A stretch of DNA of 64,000 nucleotides. Source: Candidatus Poribacteria bacterium. GTDB taxonomy: Bacteria > Poribacteria > WGA-4E > JAJDTR01. The stretch is from NCBI GenBank assembly GCA_965222225.1, contig CBDCTK010000002.1, forward strand, positions 5,504,001 through 5,568,000, written 5' to 3'. Shown here piece by piece: positions 18,856 to 28,511 of this stretch. A model generated the notes under the pieces. It saw only the letters and a list, made by a program, of their open reading frames with translations, was not told the DNA's origin and did not search any database. How positions within the stretch are numbered: the stretch's first letter is position 1; each line of letters starts with the position of its first letter. The position numbers and the translations under genes are program-made.

Positions 18856-19938
18856 TTGAATTCTGGAAAATATTGGATTAAGAAAAACTACCCCATCTCC
18901 AAACAGGATTGGATTGGAAGATTGCGTTTCAAATCTCGCGTTTTGCGTGGTTTCTGCGTTGTATTCATCATCTTTCTTGGCCAGTCCTTCGCTCAAGCTG
19001 CTACCAAATACGCGGGAGAGTTTCTGACGCTTGGTGTAGGGGCACGTCCGTTGGGAATGGGAGGAAGTTTTGTGGCAATTTCCGATGACTCAACGGCGAC
19101 ATACTGGAATCCGGCGGGACTAGGGTACTTAAGTCATTCTGAAATTTCGCTTATGCACTCTAGTCTTGGCGACCTAAACAGCTATGACTTCGTCAACTAT
19201 GTACAGCCCTTCGGTAGAAACAGTTCCGTTGGACTTAGCTGGTTGCGAGTGGGTGTAGATGATATTCCAATCACGAACTTACCCATTCCTTCAGGTGGTG
19301 TCGGTCCCGGAAATCGACCTAGGATTGAGCGCACCTTCAGCAACACAGACAATGCGTTTATCCTCTCGTATGGTAGGGGGATTGGCCCTGCGGCATGGAG
19401 ATTATTTTCAGGGGGAAATGCCAAGGTAATCTATATTTCGACACTCAGAAACATCAATGCAGTCGGTATTGGTGGTGACTTTGGCATTCTCTGGCAATCC
19501 ACTCAAGATAAAGCCAATCAGCTATCCATTGGTGTTATGGCACAAGATTTCTTCAAAACGAAACTTTACTGGAACACCCCGCCGGACGAATCGGGACAAG
19601 CATCAAACACAGATACGATAAACCCCAACTTCAAAATAGGTTTTTCCTACAGCGCAGATGTTGCCGCGCTAAATAGCCAGCTACTGCTAACTATCGACAC
19701 TGATAGCCTATACTCGTTTGAAATGCACTATGGCGCTGAGTATGTATTCGCACAGTTACTCGCGTTGAGGATTGGCTTGCAGGAGCGAAAAGGGGTGACC
19801 ACAACTCGCCTTATGACTGCTGGAGCGGGGCTTAAACTGTCTTTCTTGACAGGCGCAGCTTTTTCAGTTGACTACGCATACCTCGGCAATGAGGAACTTG
19901 GCGCTAGTAATCGAATCTCTCTCATGACACGTTTCTGA
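18856..19938 (+). CDS. PorV/PorQ-family outer-membrane beta-barrel
   Basis: FLTLGVGARPLGMGGSFVAISDDSTATYWNPAGL signature, VDYAY, C-terminal RISLMTRF; true start may be downstream of 18856. Confidence 0.85.
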   Translation: MNSGKYWIKKNYPISKQDWIGRLRFKSRVLRGFCVVFIIFLGQSFAQAATKYAGEFLTLGVGARPLGMGGSFVAISDDSTATYWNPAGLGYLSHSEISLMHSSLGDLNSYDFVNYVQPFGRNSSVGLSWLRVGVDDIPITNLPIPSGGVGPGNRPRIERTFSNTDNAFILSYGRGIGPAAWRLFSGGNAKVIYISTLRNINAVGIGGDFGILWQSTQDKANQLSIGVMAQDFFKTKLYWNTPPDESGQASNTDTINPNFKIGFSYSADVAALNSQLLLTIDTDSLYSFEMHYGAEYVFAQLLALRIGLQERKGVTTTRLMTAGAGLKLSFLTGAAFSVDYAYLGNEELGASNRISLMTRF

Positions 19939-20006
19939 ACCGTTACAAGGGTAATATTCCGCCACAGTGCGCGATAGTCAAATCTATCCTACCTCCGAAA
20001 CTCCCG

Positions 20007-20309
20007 TTAAGCTTCCATTATCCGTACTTCTTCAATCTGGTTCGAGACGAGCCACTCCAATAAATCCTCCTGTTCGTCGGTGATTTCAATTTCAGCTTGA
20101 TTTTGGTCATCTAGCGGGGAAACAACATAGAATACGCCATCCTCAAGCAGTTCAGTGGTGCGAGCAATGGGAAAGAAAAATTCGTCGGAATTGCCGGTGT
20201 CATGAATTCGGCCCTCGGTGAAATATGGAAGTTGATTTCTCAATGTGGCTGAAATTTCATACGGGGCAATTTCTGTTTTATCCAGTGGAATCACATGGTA
20301 TTTTGTCAT
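20007..20309 (-). CDS. Small acidic hypothetical protein, apparently co-transcribed with anmK
   Basis: 100-aa ORF, starts 26 nt after the anmK stop; no family recognised. Confidence 0.6.
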   Translation of the reverse strand: MTKYHVIPLDKTEIAPYEISATLRNQLPYFTEGRIHDTGNSDEFFFPIARTTELLEDGVFYVVSPLDDQNQAEIEITDEQEDLLEWLVSNQIEEVRIMEA

Positions 20310-20335
20310 GGCTTTCTTCTCAAAGGTAAACGTGC

Positions 20336-21523
20336 TTACGCAGGTGCGAGCTTCCCAAGCACTTTTGGTCGAGCTGCTCCAGTGACCTGTGGTAGCCCTG
20401 CTTGGTGGCCGTGAATAGCTTCATTGGCGAGTATTGCGAACGCTATAGCTTCCTTTCCATCGCTAGGAATACCGTACGAATCAGAGGATAGGATGGGAAT
20501 TGGATTAAACAATTTTTTCAACCGCTTCATCAAGGTTAGGTTGTAAGTTCCACCGCCACTTACACAAATCTCATCAATGGAATGATGGGGGAATAAAAAT
20601 CGGTCGTAATGGTCAAAAATCGTTCGCGCGGTAAATTCTGTGACTGTTGCAACCAAATTCTGCGGCGACACTTCGTATGCTTTAGCTTGTTCAAATGCTT
20701 TTTTGGCAAACTGTTTGCCATAGGCTTCCCTCCCCGTGGTCTTTGGCGGTGTTGAGTCCAAGAAGGTGTCTCGAAGCCATTCATCCAGCAGGACTTCACT
20801 GGTACACCCTTGCGCCGCAATCTGTCCCGATGTGTCATAGGTCTGCTTTCCATGTGTAACAATTTCTATCACCGCATCAATAAGCATGTTTCCGGGACCT
20901 GTGTCCGAACCAAGCACTTCGCAAGCGTTCGCCCCCGCGGGGATAAGAGTGACATTAGAGATACCTCCGATATTTTGCAGTGCAATCGTCCGATTTGCTT
21001 GTCGGAACAACAGGAAATCAACGTATGGTACAAGTGGCGCACCTTGCCCGCCGGCTGCAACATCGGCAACTCTGAAATCTTCAATGGTAGGGATACCTGT
21101 TTGATGCGCGATGACCGCAGCCTCGCCAATCTGCATTGTAGAAGGGATGTGAGACGTTCCCATCTGCGGAGGAAGATGATGAATCGTCTGACCATGGCTT
21201 CCAATAAGATCGACCGTATCAATAGAAATGCAAGCCTTTTTGGTAATCGACAGAGCTGCCTCGGCAAATTTTTCACCGAGAAGGAAATTCATTTGGCAGA
21301 TCTCATCAACGCGAGAAGTTTCGGGGTCAAAAAGATTGAAAATTCGTACACGTAATTCTTCTTCAAAGGGAAAACTGTCGAACGCAATGAGTTTCATCTG
21401 TGTGGATAGGCCGTGTCCGCAGATTTCAACGAGCGCGGCATCGACTCCATCGGCAGAGGTGCCGGACATCAGGCCAATCACTCTTTTCGTCTGTTTTTCA
21501 AAGAGAGTCTGGAATGCCTTCAT
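20336..21523 (-). CDS. anmK: Anhydro-N-acetylmuramic acid kinase
   Basis: IGLMSGTSADGVD, IGSHGQTIHH, DFRVADVAAGGQGAPLVP, NIGGISN, DTGPGN, PKTTGRE, KEAIAFA. Confidence 0.96.
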   Translation of the reverse strand: MKAFQTLFEKQTKRVIGLMSGTSADGVDAALVEICGHGLSTQMKLIAFDSFPFEEELRVRIFNLFDPETSRVDEICQMNFLLGEKFAEAALSITKKACISIDTVDLIGSHGQTIHHLPPQMGTSHIPSTMQIGEAAVIAHQTGIPTIEDFRVADVAAGGQGAPLVPYVDFLLFRQANRTIALQNIGGISNVTLIPAGANACEVLGSDTGPGNMLIDAVIEIVTHGKQTYDTSGQIAAQGCTSEVLLDEWLRDTFLDSTPPKTTGREAYGKQFAKKAFEQAKAYEVSPQNLVATVTEFTARTIFDHYDRFLFPHHSIDEICVSGGGTYNLTLMKRLKKLFNPIPILSSDSYGIPSDGKEAIAFAILANEAIHGHQAGLPQVTGAARPKVLGKLAPA

Positions 21524-21665
21524 TAGTTATTTCGCCAGAGTAACTCCCCAAATGGCTAGCGAGTACGCAACGATGGTCTGGGTTGATTTGTAGAGTCAAG
21601 TATGAATCGACAACAGGCAATCCCAATCAATTGAGACTCGGGATGAGACTCGGAAAGGTTGATAT

Positions 21666-22817
21666 TCAAACGTAAATCAGAAACGGTGTCCGTCTGCGTG
21701 CAAAGTCATCAAGGTCGCTGCGCCAGTCCTGAAGGATTTCGGTTGGAGAGCGCCTTTCGATGATTGCCAGACGCAGCGAATCCGTTCCCGACAGCAGATC
21801 GATGAAGTGTGTCCCATCGGTCTCAAGAAACTCAAAGTGATTGGAATAGGCTTCAACAACCGTCGCAAGTAGATACAGGACAATCTCTAACGGCATAGCT
21901 AGTTTTCTATCCAGTACATGCACACTTACACCGTGGCACAACTCATCCACATACTTCGAAAGCGACGGCACAAAATGAACGGGGCGGAAACGCACACCGG
22001 GGAGTTCCAAACAGTTCAAGGTTTCCGACCACTTATCGGCATCAATCCATGGCGCACCAATCCACTCAAATGGCTTTGTTGTCCCACGTCCTTCCGACAA
22101 GTTTGTCCCCTCAATAAGACATGTCCCCGGATATAGAATCGCCGTGTCGAGAGTTGGCATACTAGGGGATGATGGCACCCACGGGAGTCCGGTTTGGTCG
22201 TACCACATACTCCTTGTCCAACCGCGCATCGGAACCACGTCAAGTTGCAAATTTAGTCCTAATTCAGCCTTGAAGAGAAGAGCGAGTTCGCCGATGGTCA
22301 TGCCATGCCGAATTGGGATCGGATGCGCGCCGACGAAAGATTTGTAGTTGTGCTGAAGCAAAGTCCCCTCAAATCGATCCCCGCCAATGGGATTCGGGCG
22401 ATCTAAGACAAGAAACTCAACGGCGTACTCGCAAGCTGCCTGCATTGCTAGAAGCATCGTTGTGATAAAGGTGTAGTAGCGCGCGCCGACGTTCTGGATA
22501 TCGTACACCAATGTATTGATTCCCTTCAACATCTCCTGAGTGGGCTGAAGGGTTTCACCGTAAAGGCTGTAAATCGGAATCAGATGTCGTTCATCAGCCG
22601 TGGAGGTAATTTTGAGCATATCATGGTGGTCTCCCCATATTCCGTGTTCAGGACTGAAGAGTGCCATGAGGCGAGTCTTCGGACACTCTGCAAATAGGCT
22701 CACATTGCTCCGAAGATTTTCATCGACCCCGGTTTGGTTAGTGATTAAGCCGATGTTTCTTTCTTCAATTAGGTGTGGTTTTTCACGGAATAGAACCGTC
22801 AATCCGGTATCAATCAT
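21666..22817 (-). CDS. namZ: Exo-beta-N-acetylmuramidase NamZ (DUF1343/YbbC family)
   Basis: GLITNQTG, LFSPEHG, YSLYG, DIQNVGARYYTF, LDRPNP, RHGMTIGELA, SEGRGTTKPFE. Confidence 0.9.
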   Translation of the reverse strand: MIDTGLTVLFREKPHLIEERNIGLITNQTGVDENLRSNVSLFAECPKTRLMALFSPEHGIWGDHHDMLKITSTADERHLIPIYSLYGETLQPTQEMLKGINTLVYDIQNVGARYYTFITTMLLAMQAACEYAVEFLVLDRPNPIGGDRFEGTLLQHNYKSFVGAHPIPIRHGMTIGELALLFKAELGLNLQLDVVPMRGWTRSMWYDQTGLPWVPSSPSMPTLDTAILYPGTCLIEGTNLSEGRGTTKPFEWIGAPWIDADKWSETLNCLELPGVRFRPVHFVPSLSKYVDELCHGVSVHVLDRKLAMPLEIVLYLLATVVEAYSNHFEFLETDGTHFIDLLSGTDSLRLAIIERRSPTEILQDWRSDLDDFARRRTPFLIYV

Positions 22818-23860
22818 TAGCTACACGTGCCGAAGACCAATTTGTGAAACTCGTCTCGGAAACCAAGAATTCCTTCGCGGGACGCATCTGGATGAACCCG
22901 GTTTGTAAGCAGGATAGCAAACATCCTTCGTTCAAGATGAAGGCGAATAGACGTACCTGTGAAACCGGTGTGATAAAGTGAATCGTCCTTTAGAATAATC
23001 CAACCTATGCTACGTTCCGAATTCAGTCCTGCAGTGTAGGTTTTGCTTAGTTGATGAATACTATCAGATGTTAGTACACTATCTCCGCCATTGACAAGAA
23101 TCCGACAGAATTTTGTGAGATCCCTTGCTGTTGAAAAGAGACCAGAATTCCCGGCAACACCGCCTAGGAAATTGGAGTTTTCGTCATGAACCTCGCCGCA
23201 GAGAATTCCCGTGCGCCAGTCGTATCGTTCGCCGTTTGCCATACGTCTCTCAAATTTGTTTGAATCCTCTGTGGCGGCACAATTGTCCTTCCATGCTGAG
23301 GGTGGACAATACCGAGTGGTCGTCATTTCAGCGGGTGCGAAAATGCATTCCTGCGCCAAACGGCCTAGTGATTGTCCACTAGTGCGTTCAATGAGCTCAC
23401 CGAGCAAAATGTACCCAAGACAGCTGTAAATAACCTGCTGACCGGTTGGGTAATCAAGTTCTATTTCGCCAAGATACCGTGAAATCTCATCTCTCGATTT
23501 TACTTTGAGATAGAGTGGGCGCCACGCCGGCAGTCCAGATGTGTGGGTGAGTAGATGTAGGAGCGTTATCGTTTCGCGGTTGAATTCGGGAAGGTACTTT
23601 TTGACGGGATCGCGAATATCCAATATCCCATCTTCAGCAAGGTGCACAACTAGTGTCGCGACGACGATTGGTTTGGTCAACGAGGCGAGATCAAAAATGG
23701 TATCACGCCGCATTGGCTTGGTTAATGGCAGCACCTTGCGGTGTCCGAACGCTTCGTGATAGGTAACCTCACCGTCTTCAGCGATTACGGCAACTGCGCC
23801 GGGAAAGATCCCATCGGAAATGCCTTGCTGGAGCAGGGAAGAAATCTGCTTTGAATTCAT
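22817..23860 (-). CDS. Serine hydrolase, beta-lactamase class C family (AmiE/YbbE-like)
   Basis: FDLASLTK (SxxK), LLTHTSGL, YSC, GEVHDEN, HTGFTG, LLTNRVHP; adjacent to namZ. Confidence 0.88.
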   Translation of the reverse strand: MNSKQISSLLQQGISDGIFPGAVAVIAEDGEVTYHEAFGHRKVLPLTKPMRRDTIFDLASLTKPIVVATLVVHLAEDGILDIRDPVKKYLPEFNRETITLLHLLTHTSGLPAWRPLYLKVKSRDEISRYLGEIELDYPTGQQVIYSCLGYILLGELIERTSGQSLGRLAQECIFAPAEMTTTRYCPPSAWKDNCAATEDSNKFERRMANGERYDWRTGILCGEVHDENSNFLGGVAGNSGLFSTARDLTKFCRILVNGGDSVLTSDSIHQLSKTYTAGLNSERSIGWIILKDDSLYHTGFTGTSIRLHLERRMFAILLTNRVHPDASREGILGFRDEFHKLVFGTCS

Positions 23861-23966
23861 GGATGTACATCGCGAAGATGGGGTGACTGATGATGGCTCA
23901 AGACTTTTTGCGCATGATTAGGAATTGTAGGTTTACACCTTGGCATCCTTCGCATTTTTAATTGAC

Positions 23967-25079
23967 TCAAAACTGTTGGAACCAGTTTTGCTTCGCAACC
24001 ACGGCAAAAGCTTGTCCTGGCAATATTTCTAGGTCGTCGTCGAGTGCACCGGACGCAATGTCATTGGGAAGAAATGGATGAAATGTACCGTTGGCGTATA
24101 TCGAAATGAGGGAAATCTTGTCGAGAAAGACTGGGTATTTGGCGAAATCGCTTACGCGGTTGATGCCAGCTTCCGTGTGAGGAACGCCAACCAGGTTGGG
24201 CCCTGGAAATAGTCGAATTGCTCCCTCAACCGGATCGCCGGCAAGGTCAATGGACATAGCATTCCTTAAGGAGACGAGTATTCCCGTGTACGGTTGAATG
24301 GCAGCATTGGCGGAAATGTCGGCGTCCGAAGGCTCGAAGAATACTTGAAACTGCGCGGTTCCGCCGCGCGTCGGCGCTGGCGTGGTAATCAACCAATGCA
24401 CGTTGCTTTCCCCTCCTAACGCCACAAACAAATCGCTAACCTTCGTAATGGAGCGAGATTCGCCGTTGACCTCCGTATCCAATCTCGGAAGATGAACCAT
24501 GCTGGTTCCTGCAGGCACCGAAAGGCTAAAACTCTTGGGCGTCTCAAGATTGAGTGTTTCGAGTTGCTGAAGCATGATATCAATATTCGCGCGGGTAGTG
24601 GTGTCTCCAATGAATTTCCACCGAATAATCCCACTCTTATCGATGACAAACGCGGATGGTCTGGCGATGTTAGTTATGCTAAGAACGCCGTAAGCCTTTA
24701 TTGTCACTAGATCCTCATCGGATAATATCGGGAATTCCACAGCAACCTCGCCAACAAAAAATGCTTTTGATACCGCCGGTTTGTCGACGCTAATGGCGTA
24801 CAGTTCGGCGCCAAGCTGGCGGAAATCGGAATAATGTCCCTTCAACTCCACGAGTTGGTCCCGGCAGAACGGTCAGAACTTGCCGCGATAAAAGATGAGT
24901 ACCACGTTTTCGGACCTGCGATGGTCGCTCAGCGTAATAGATTCGTTATCCGTGTTGGGAAGCGTAAAATCCGGTGCTTCATTACCAACCTCATTTCCAA
25001 CAACACCTTGAGCGCTACTCCAAGCGCTAAACAGAAATACAATTATCAAAAGCAGAATGGTTCGAAAATCTATCTTCAC
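23967..25079 (-). CDS. Secreted AhpC/TSA (peroxiredoxin-like) selenoprotein, ~370 aa, UxxC active site, with extra C-terminal domain
   Basis: ORFs 24873-25079 and 23967-24851 are in frame: APDFTLP...[21 protein letters not shown]. The TGA (24873-24875) occupies the first Cys of CxxC; N-terminal signal peptide; GGAGG RBS. Confidence 0.9.
24843..24857 (-). promoter_or_regulatory. Putative bacterial SECIS hairpin
   Basis: On the minus strand CAACUC-GUG-GAGUUG, with a G-first apical loop 21 nt after the UGA. Confidence 0.65.
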
Positions 25080-25575
25080 TGGAAACCTCCTGTATTGGAA
25101 ATTTTAGGGAATTTTAGTATACAATGACTGCCCATCAATCGAATTACATTAAGGATATTAACAGATTGTCCTACAATCAGTCAATCGTTTTTTTTGGCAT
25201 TTCTTGGACAATCCAAAGAGCGAGATAAGGTAAAATATAGCATAAGATTGAAAATATGGAGATTATGACGAAGTGAAGTTAGATGCAGTCCTTCCTCCTG
25301 ACTGGACAGCCCGCCTAGGTTGAGTTGAGTAAGCATTCACGTGCCAATGAAGCGAAGGTCTTTGAAGGCAGGGCTGTCCTTATCAATTGTATTGTTTGTG
25401 ACAGATATGTTAGAATACTTTCGATTGATGAGTTGCCAATTTCGTCGATCCAAAGTTTGGATTGGCACTTCAGTTTTGCCCCAATCCAAACCTCATGGAA
25501 TGAACCTGAGTGTTAGGTGTAAGCCGTCAGTACCTATCTTCGTCACTGGCACAACAGAGAAATCATGATAAATCA

Positions 25576-26973
25576 ATGGTATCAATTAACCAAGATTTCA
25601 CCCCTTTCGCGACACGCATGAACGTTGAGGGATTACCCGATATCGTAGTAGAAACCTTCAAGTTTTATTATACGCAACTAGCCGACGGACACACCGGTCT
25701 CATTCCAGAGAGTGACATCACCCCGGTTGAACACCTTCCAGACTTAGAAAAGTTCCCGAAAGAATTGGCAAAAGTTGGACAGCGTTTATTACCAAAGACC
25801 ATCGTATTGAAGTTGAATGGTGGTTTGGGGACCAGCATGGGCATGAATAGAGCAAAATCGTTGCTAACCGTTAAGGATGAATGGTCATTCCTAGACATAA
25901 TTGCTCGGCAAACTCAATTAAGGGGTATGCGTCTAGTACTCATGAACAGTTTTTCGACCCGGAGTGATTGTCTCACAGCACTAAAAGATTATCTGGAATT
26001 GTGGGACGATATCCCTCTGGATTTTGTTCAACATAAAGTGCCGAAAGTCAATCAAGCTGATCTGAGTCCCGCGGACTGGCCTGAAAATCGAGATTTGGAA
26101 TGGTGTCCGCCCGGACATGGCGATATATACACATCGTTAGTAACAAGCGGCATGTTAGACAGGTTGTTAAAAGCGGGTTATGAATACGTATTTATCTCCA
26201 ATTCTGACAACCTTGGGGCGGTGATGGATACAACCATCCTCGGTTTCTTCGTCGAAAACCAGTTGTCATTTCTCATGGAGGCCACAGATCGGACCCCGGC
26301 ACACAGAAAAGGCGGACACCTTGCTCGATTGTCCTCCGGTCAGCTCATCCTTCGAGAGGTAGCTCAATGCCCGTCCGACGACATTAACTCGTTTCAAGAC
26401 ATTAACCGGCACAAGTATTTTAACACGAACAACCTATGGTTACATTTGCCTACTTTGAAAGCGGTGATGCGCTCCAAAGGCAATATCTTAGGTTTGCCCA
26501 TGATTCGTAATAGTAAGACAATCGATCCCCGAAGACCTACATCATACCAAGTCTACCAATTGGAGACGGCAATGGGATCGGCTATCGCTGTTTTTGAAAC
26601 CGCAACGGCTATCCGCGTTCCCCAATCGCGCTTTGTCCAAGTGAAAAGGACTGAGGATTTGCTGGTGGTACGCTCAGACATCTGCATGTTGAGTAGCGAC
26701 TTTCAAGTTGTTCCCAACCCTAATCGAAACCTAGGTCCCATCCTAGTGACTTTGGACGAATCCTATTACCAACTAATTGACGATATGGAAGCGCGATTTC
26801 CTGAGGGTGTTCCGTCTTTGATCGACTGCGAGCAATTGAAAATAGTAGGAGATATAAAATTTGGGGCAAATGTAACGCTGTGCGGCGTAGTGGAACTAAT
26901 TAACTTATCAGGCAAGCAAATTGAGATAAATGACGGTACAACAATTGAAGGATCGAGAACATGGTCGAATTGA
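25576..26973 (+). CDS. UTP--glucose-1-phosphate uridylyltransferase, UDPGP (eukaryote/UgpA-like) family
   Basis: LKLNGGLGTSMG..AKS, LMNSF, WCPPGHGDIY, SNSDNLG, KGGHL, FNTNNLW, QLETAMG, RFVQVK; ATG 25576 preferred. Confidence 0.93.
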   Translation: MVSINQDFTPFATRMNVEGLPDIVVETFKFYYTQLADGHTGLIPESDITPVEHLPDLEKFPKELAKVGQRLLPKTIVLKLNGGLGTSMGMNRAKSLLTVKDEWSFLDIIARQTQLRGMRLVLMNSFSTRSDCLTALKDYLELWDDIPLDFVQHKVPKVNQADLSPADWPENRDLEWCPPGHGDIYTSLVTSGMLDRLLKAGYEYVFISNSDNLGAVMDTTILGFFVENQLSFLMEATDRTPAHRKGGHLARLSSGQLILREVAQCPSDDINSFQDINRHKYFNTNNLWLHLPTLKAVMRSKGNILGLPMIRNSKTIDPRRPTSYQVYQLETAMGSAIAVFETATAIRVPQSRFVQVKRTEDLLVVRSDICMLSSDFQVVPNPNRNLGPILVTLDESYYQLIDDMEARFPEGVPSLIDCEQLKIVGDIKFGANVTLCGVVELINLSGKQIEINDGTTIEGSRTWSN

Positions 26974-27006
26974 TTGCATCGGTGTATGAGGAAGAATAAA
27001 GAACGA

Positions 27007-28479
27007 ATGAAGATTATGAGCCATGTTGGAGCCCAGTTTGGATTAGTAACCGGAATTGGCAACGAGACGTTAGAACGGCTTGTCAGTGAATCGGCTCGTC
27101 GGCAACTTGACCGTCGAATGGCAGCAATACAATTGTTATTTCGGCAAGAAGCGGACTGGCCTCTTGACAAGTTAGGGTGTCACCAACGAGCGTGGATTCG
27201 TAGCCATTTGCAAGATGAACATGTCGATCGAACGCTGGAGTTGGCAACCCGTGCGCGTGAAGATTTCTCCGTCCTTGTAACAATAGGTATCGGCGGGTCA
27301 GATTTGAGTGCCCGTGTATTTCATGATATACTTAACCATCCTTTTCACAACTTGCTATCCTTGGACGAACGCGGAAATGCACCTGAAGTCTACTTTACAG
27401 GTGATACGTTCGACGCCTTTCGCCTCAACGGTTTGTTGGGGATGTTAGCGGCGCGCGGGCTATTGGGCAAGACACTTTTCAATGTCATAAGCAAGTCGGG
27501 GCGAACAGGCGAAACCATTGCGACCTTGGCGATTATCCGCGACCGGTTACAGAGCGGTTGCAACGCCAAGAGTCCGGAATCCTGGCGTCGTCAAGTCGTA
27601 GCAACCACTGGATTGAATCCCGATAGTGCCCTTTACCGGATGCATCAGGAGCACATGTTTTATGGAGAAACATTACTTCCCGTGCCAGAGGGTGTTGGGG
27701 GGCGTTTTTCCGCGTTTTCGCCGGTTGGACTCTTCTTCCTAGCTATGACCGCGGGCAAGGGTGAATCGCCGCGATCTCGTGTACAAAAAGCCCTCAGCGG
27801 GGTTGACAAGGCTGACGCATTATTCCAAACTCCGACCACGGAGATCGAAAATGTACCTTATCGCCTTGCCCGATGGTTGCACCTTGCAGAAATGTGGGCG
27901 GGTAAGAACAATCTCGTTTTTTATAACTACGCGGACAATCGTTATTTGGGGGATTGGTTTGTGCAACTTTACGACGAATCTCTTCAAGAACGCGGTCAAG
28001 GGCTCAATGTAATCACTGCCCTCGGTCCTACTAGCAACCACTCCATTCTGAACGGCATTCTGAATGGACCAAGGGATAAAGTTGTCCTGTTCATCGGTTG
28101 GCGTGAACTTGGAGAGGACTTGGCGATTCCGTCACGGACGGGCATTGGTGGCGACCTAGAGTCATTTGAAGGGCTGTCAATGAATCAAGTACAAGCCGCT
28201 TCCTACCAAGGCACTATAGAGGATTTTAGCGAATCGGGCATTCCGACCGCAACGCTGTCTGTTCCGAAACGAGATGTTCACAATCTCTGCAAACTAATGC
28301 GTGTGCTGATGGACTGTGTTGCCGTCAAAGGGCGCTTACAAGCGTTCCATGTGAACGATGCTGACATGGTGGATTTCAAAAGTGAGCTGACCTACCGTCA
28401 GGATGGTGTGGAAGGCTATAAAGAACGTACACGCCGGATTGCCGCATCCATAAAACGCGATACTGATTGCTCATCATGA
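27007..28479 (+). CDS. pgi: Glucose-6-phosphate isomerase (divergent)
   Basis: GIGGS, SKSGRTGET, VGGRFSAFS, QLYDES, SNHS, QDGVEGYK; start uncertain (26974-27016). Confidence 0.8.
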   Translation: MKIMSHVGAQFGLVTGIGNETLERLVSESARRQLDRRMAAIQLLFRQEADWPLDKLGCHQRAWIRSHLQDEHVDRTLELATRAREDFSVLVTIGIGGSDLSARVFHDILNHPFHNLLSLDERGNAPEVYFTGDTFDAFRLNGLLGMLAARGLLGKTLFNVISKSGRTGETIATLAIIRDRLQSGCNAKSPESWRRQVVATTGLNPDSALYRMHQEHMFYGETLLPVPEGVGGRFSAFSPVGLFFLAMTAGKGESPRSRVQKALSGVDKADALFQTPTTEIENVPYRLARWLHLAEMWAGKNNLVFYNYADNRYLGDWFVQLYDESLQERGQGLNVITALGPTSNHSILNGILNGPRDKVVLFIGWRELGEDLAIPSRTGIGGDLESFEGLSMNQVQAASYQGTIEDFSESGIPTATLSVPKRDVHNLCKLMRVLMDCVAVKGRLQAFHVNDADMVDFKSELTYRQDGVEGYKERTRRIAASIKRDTDCSS

Positions 28480-28511
28480 TTGGCATTTGACACATTTGGG
28501 CATAGCGATCT

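Noticed and set aside
21633-21655. Short tandem TGAGACTCGG(G/A)A repeat between namZ and anmK
   Set aside because: Two short copies only; likely replication slippage with no evidence of function.
26971-26976. UGPase TGA stop followed in frame by the Pgi ORF (possible readthrough fusion or Sec)
   Set aside because: The UGPase is complete at the stop, there is no redox-Cys context or clear SECIS, and Pgi has its own ATG candidates at 27007 and 27016.
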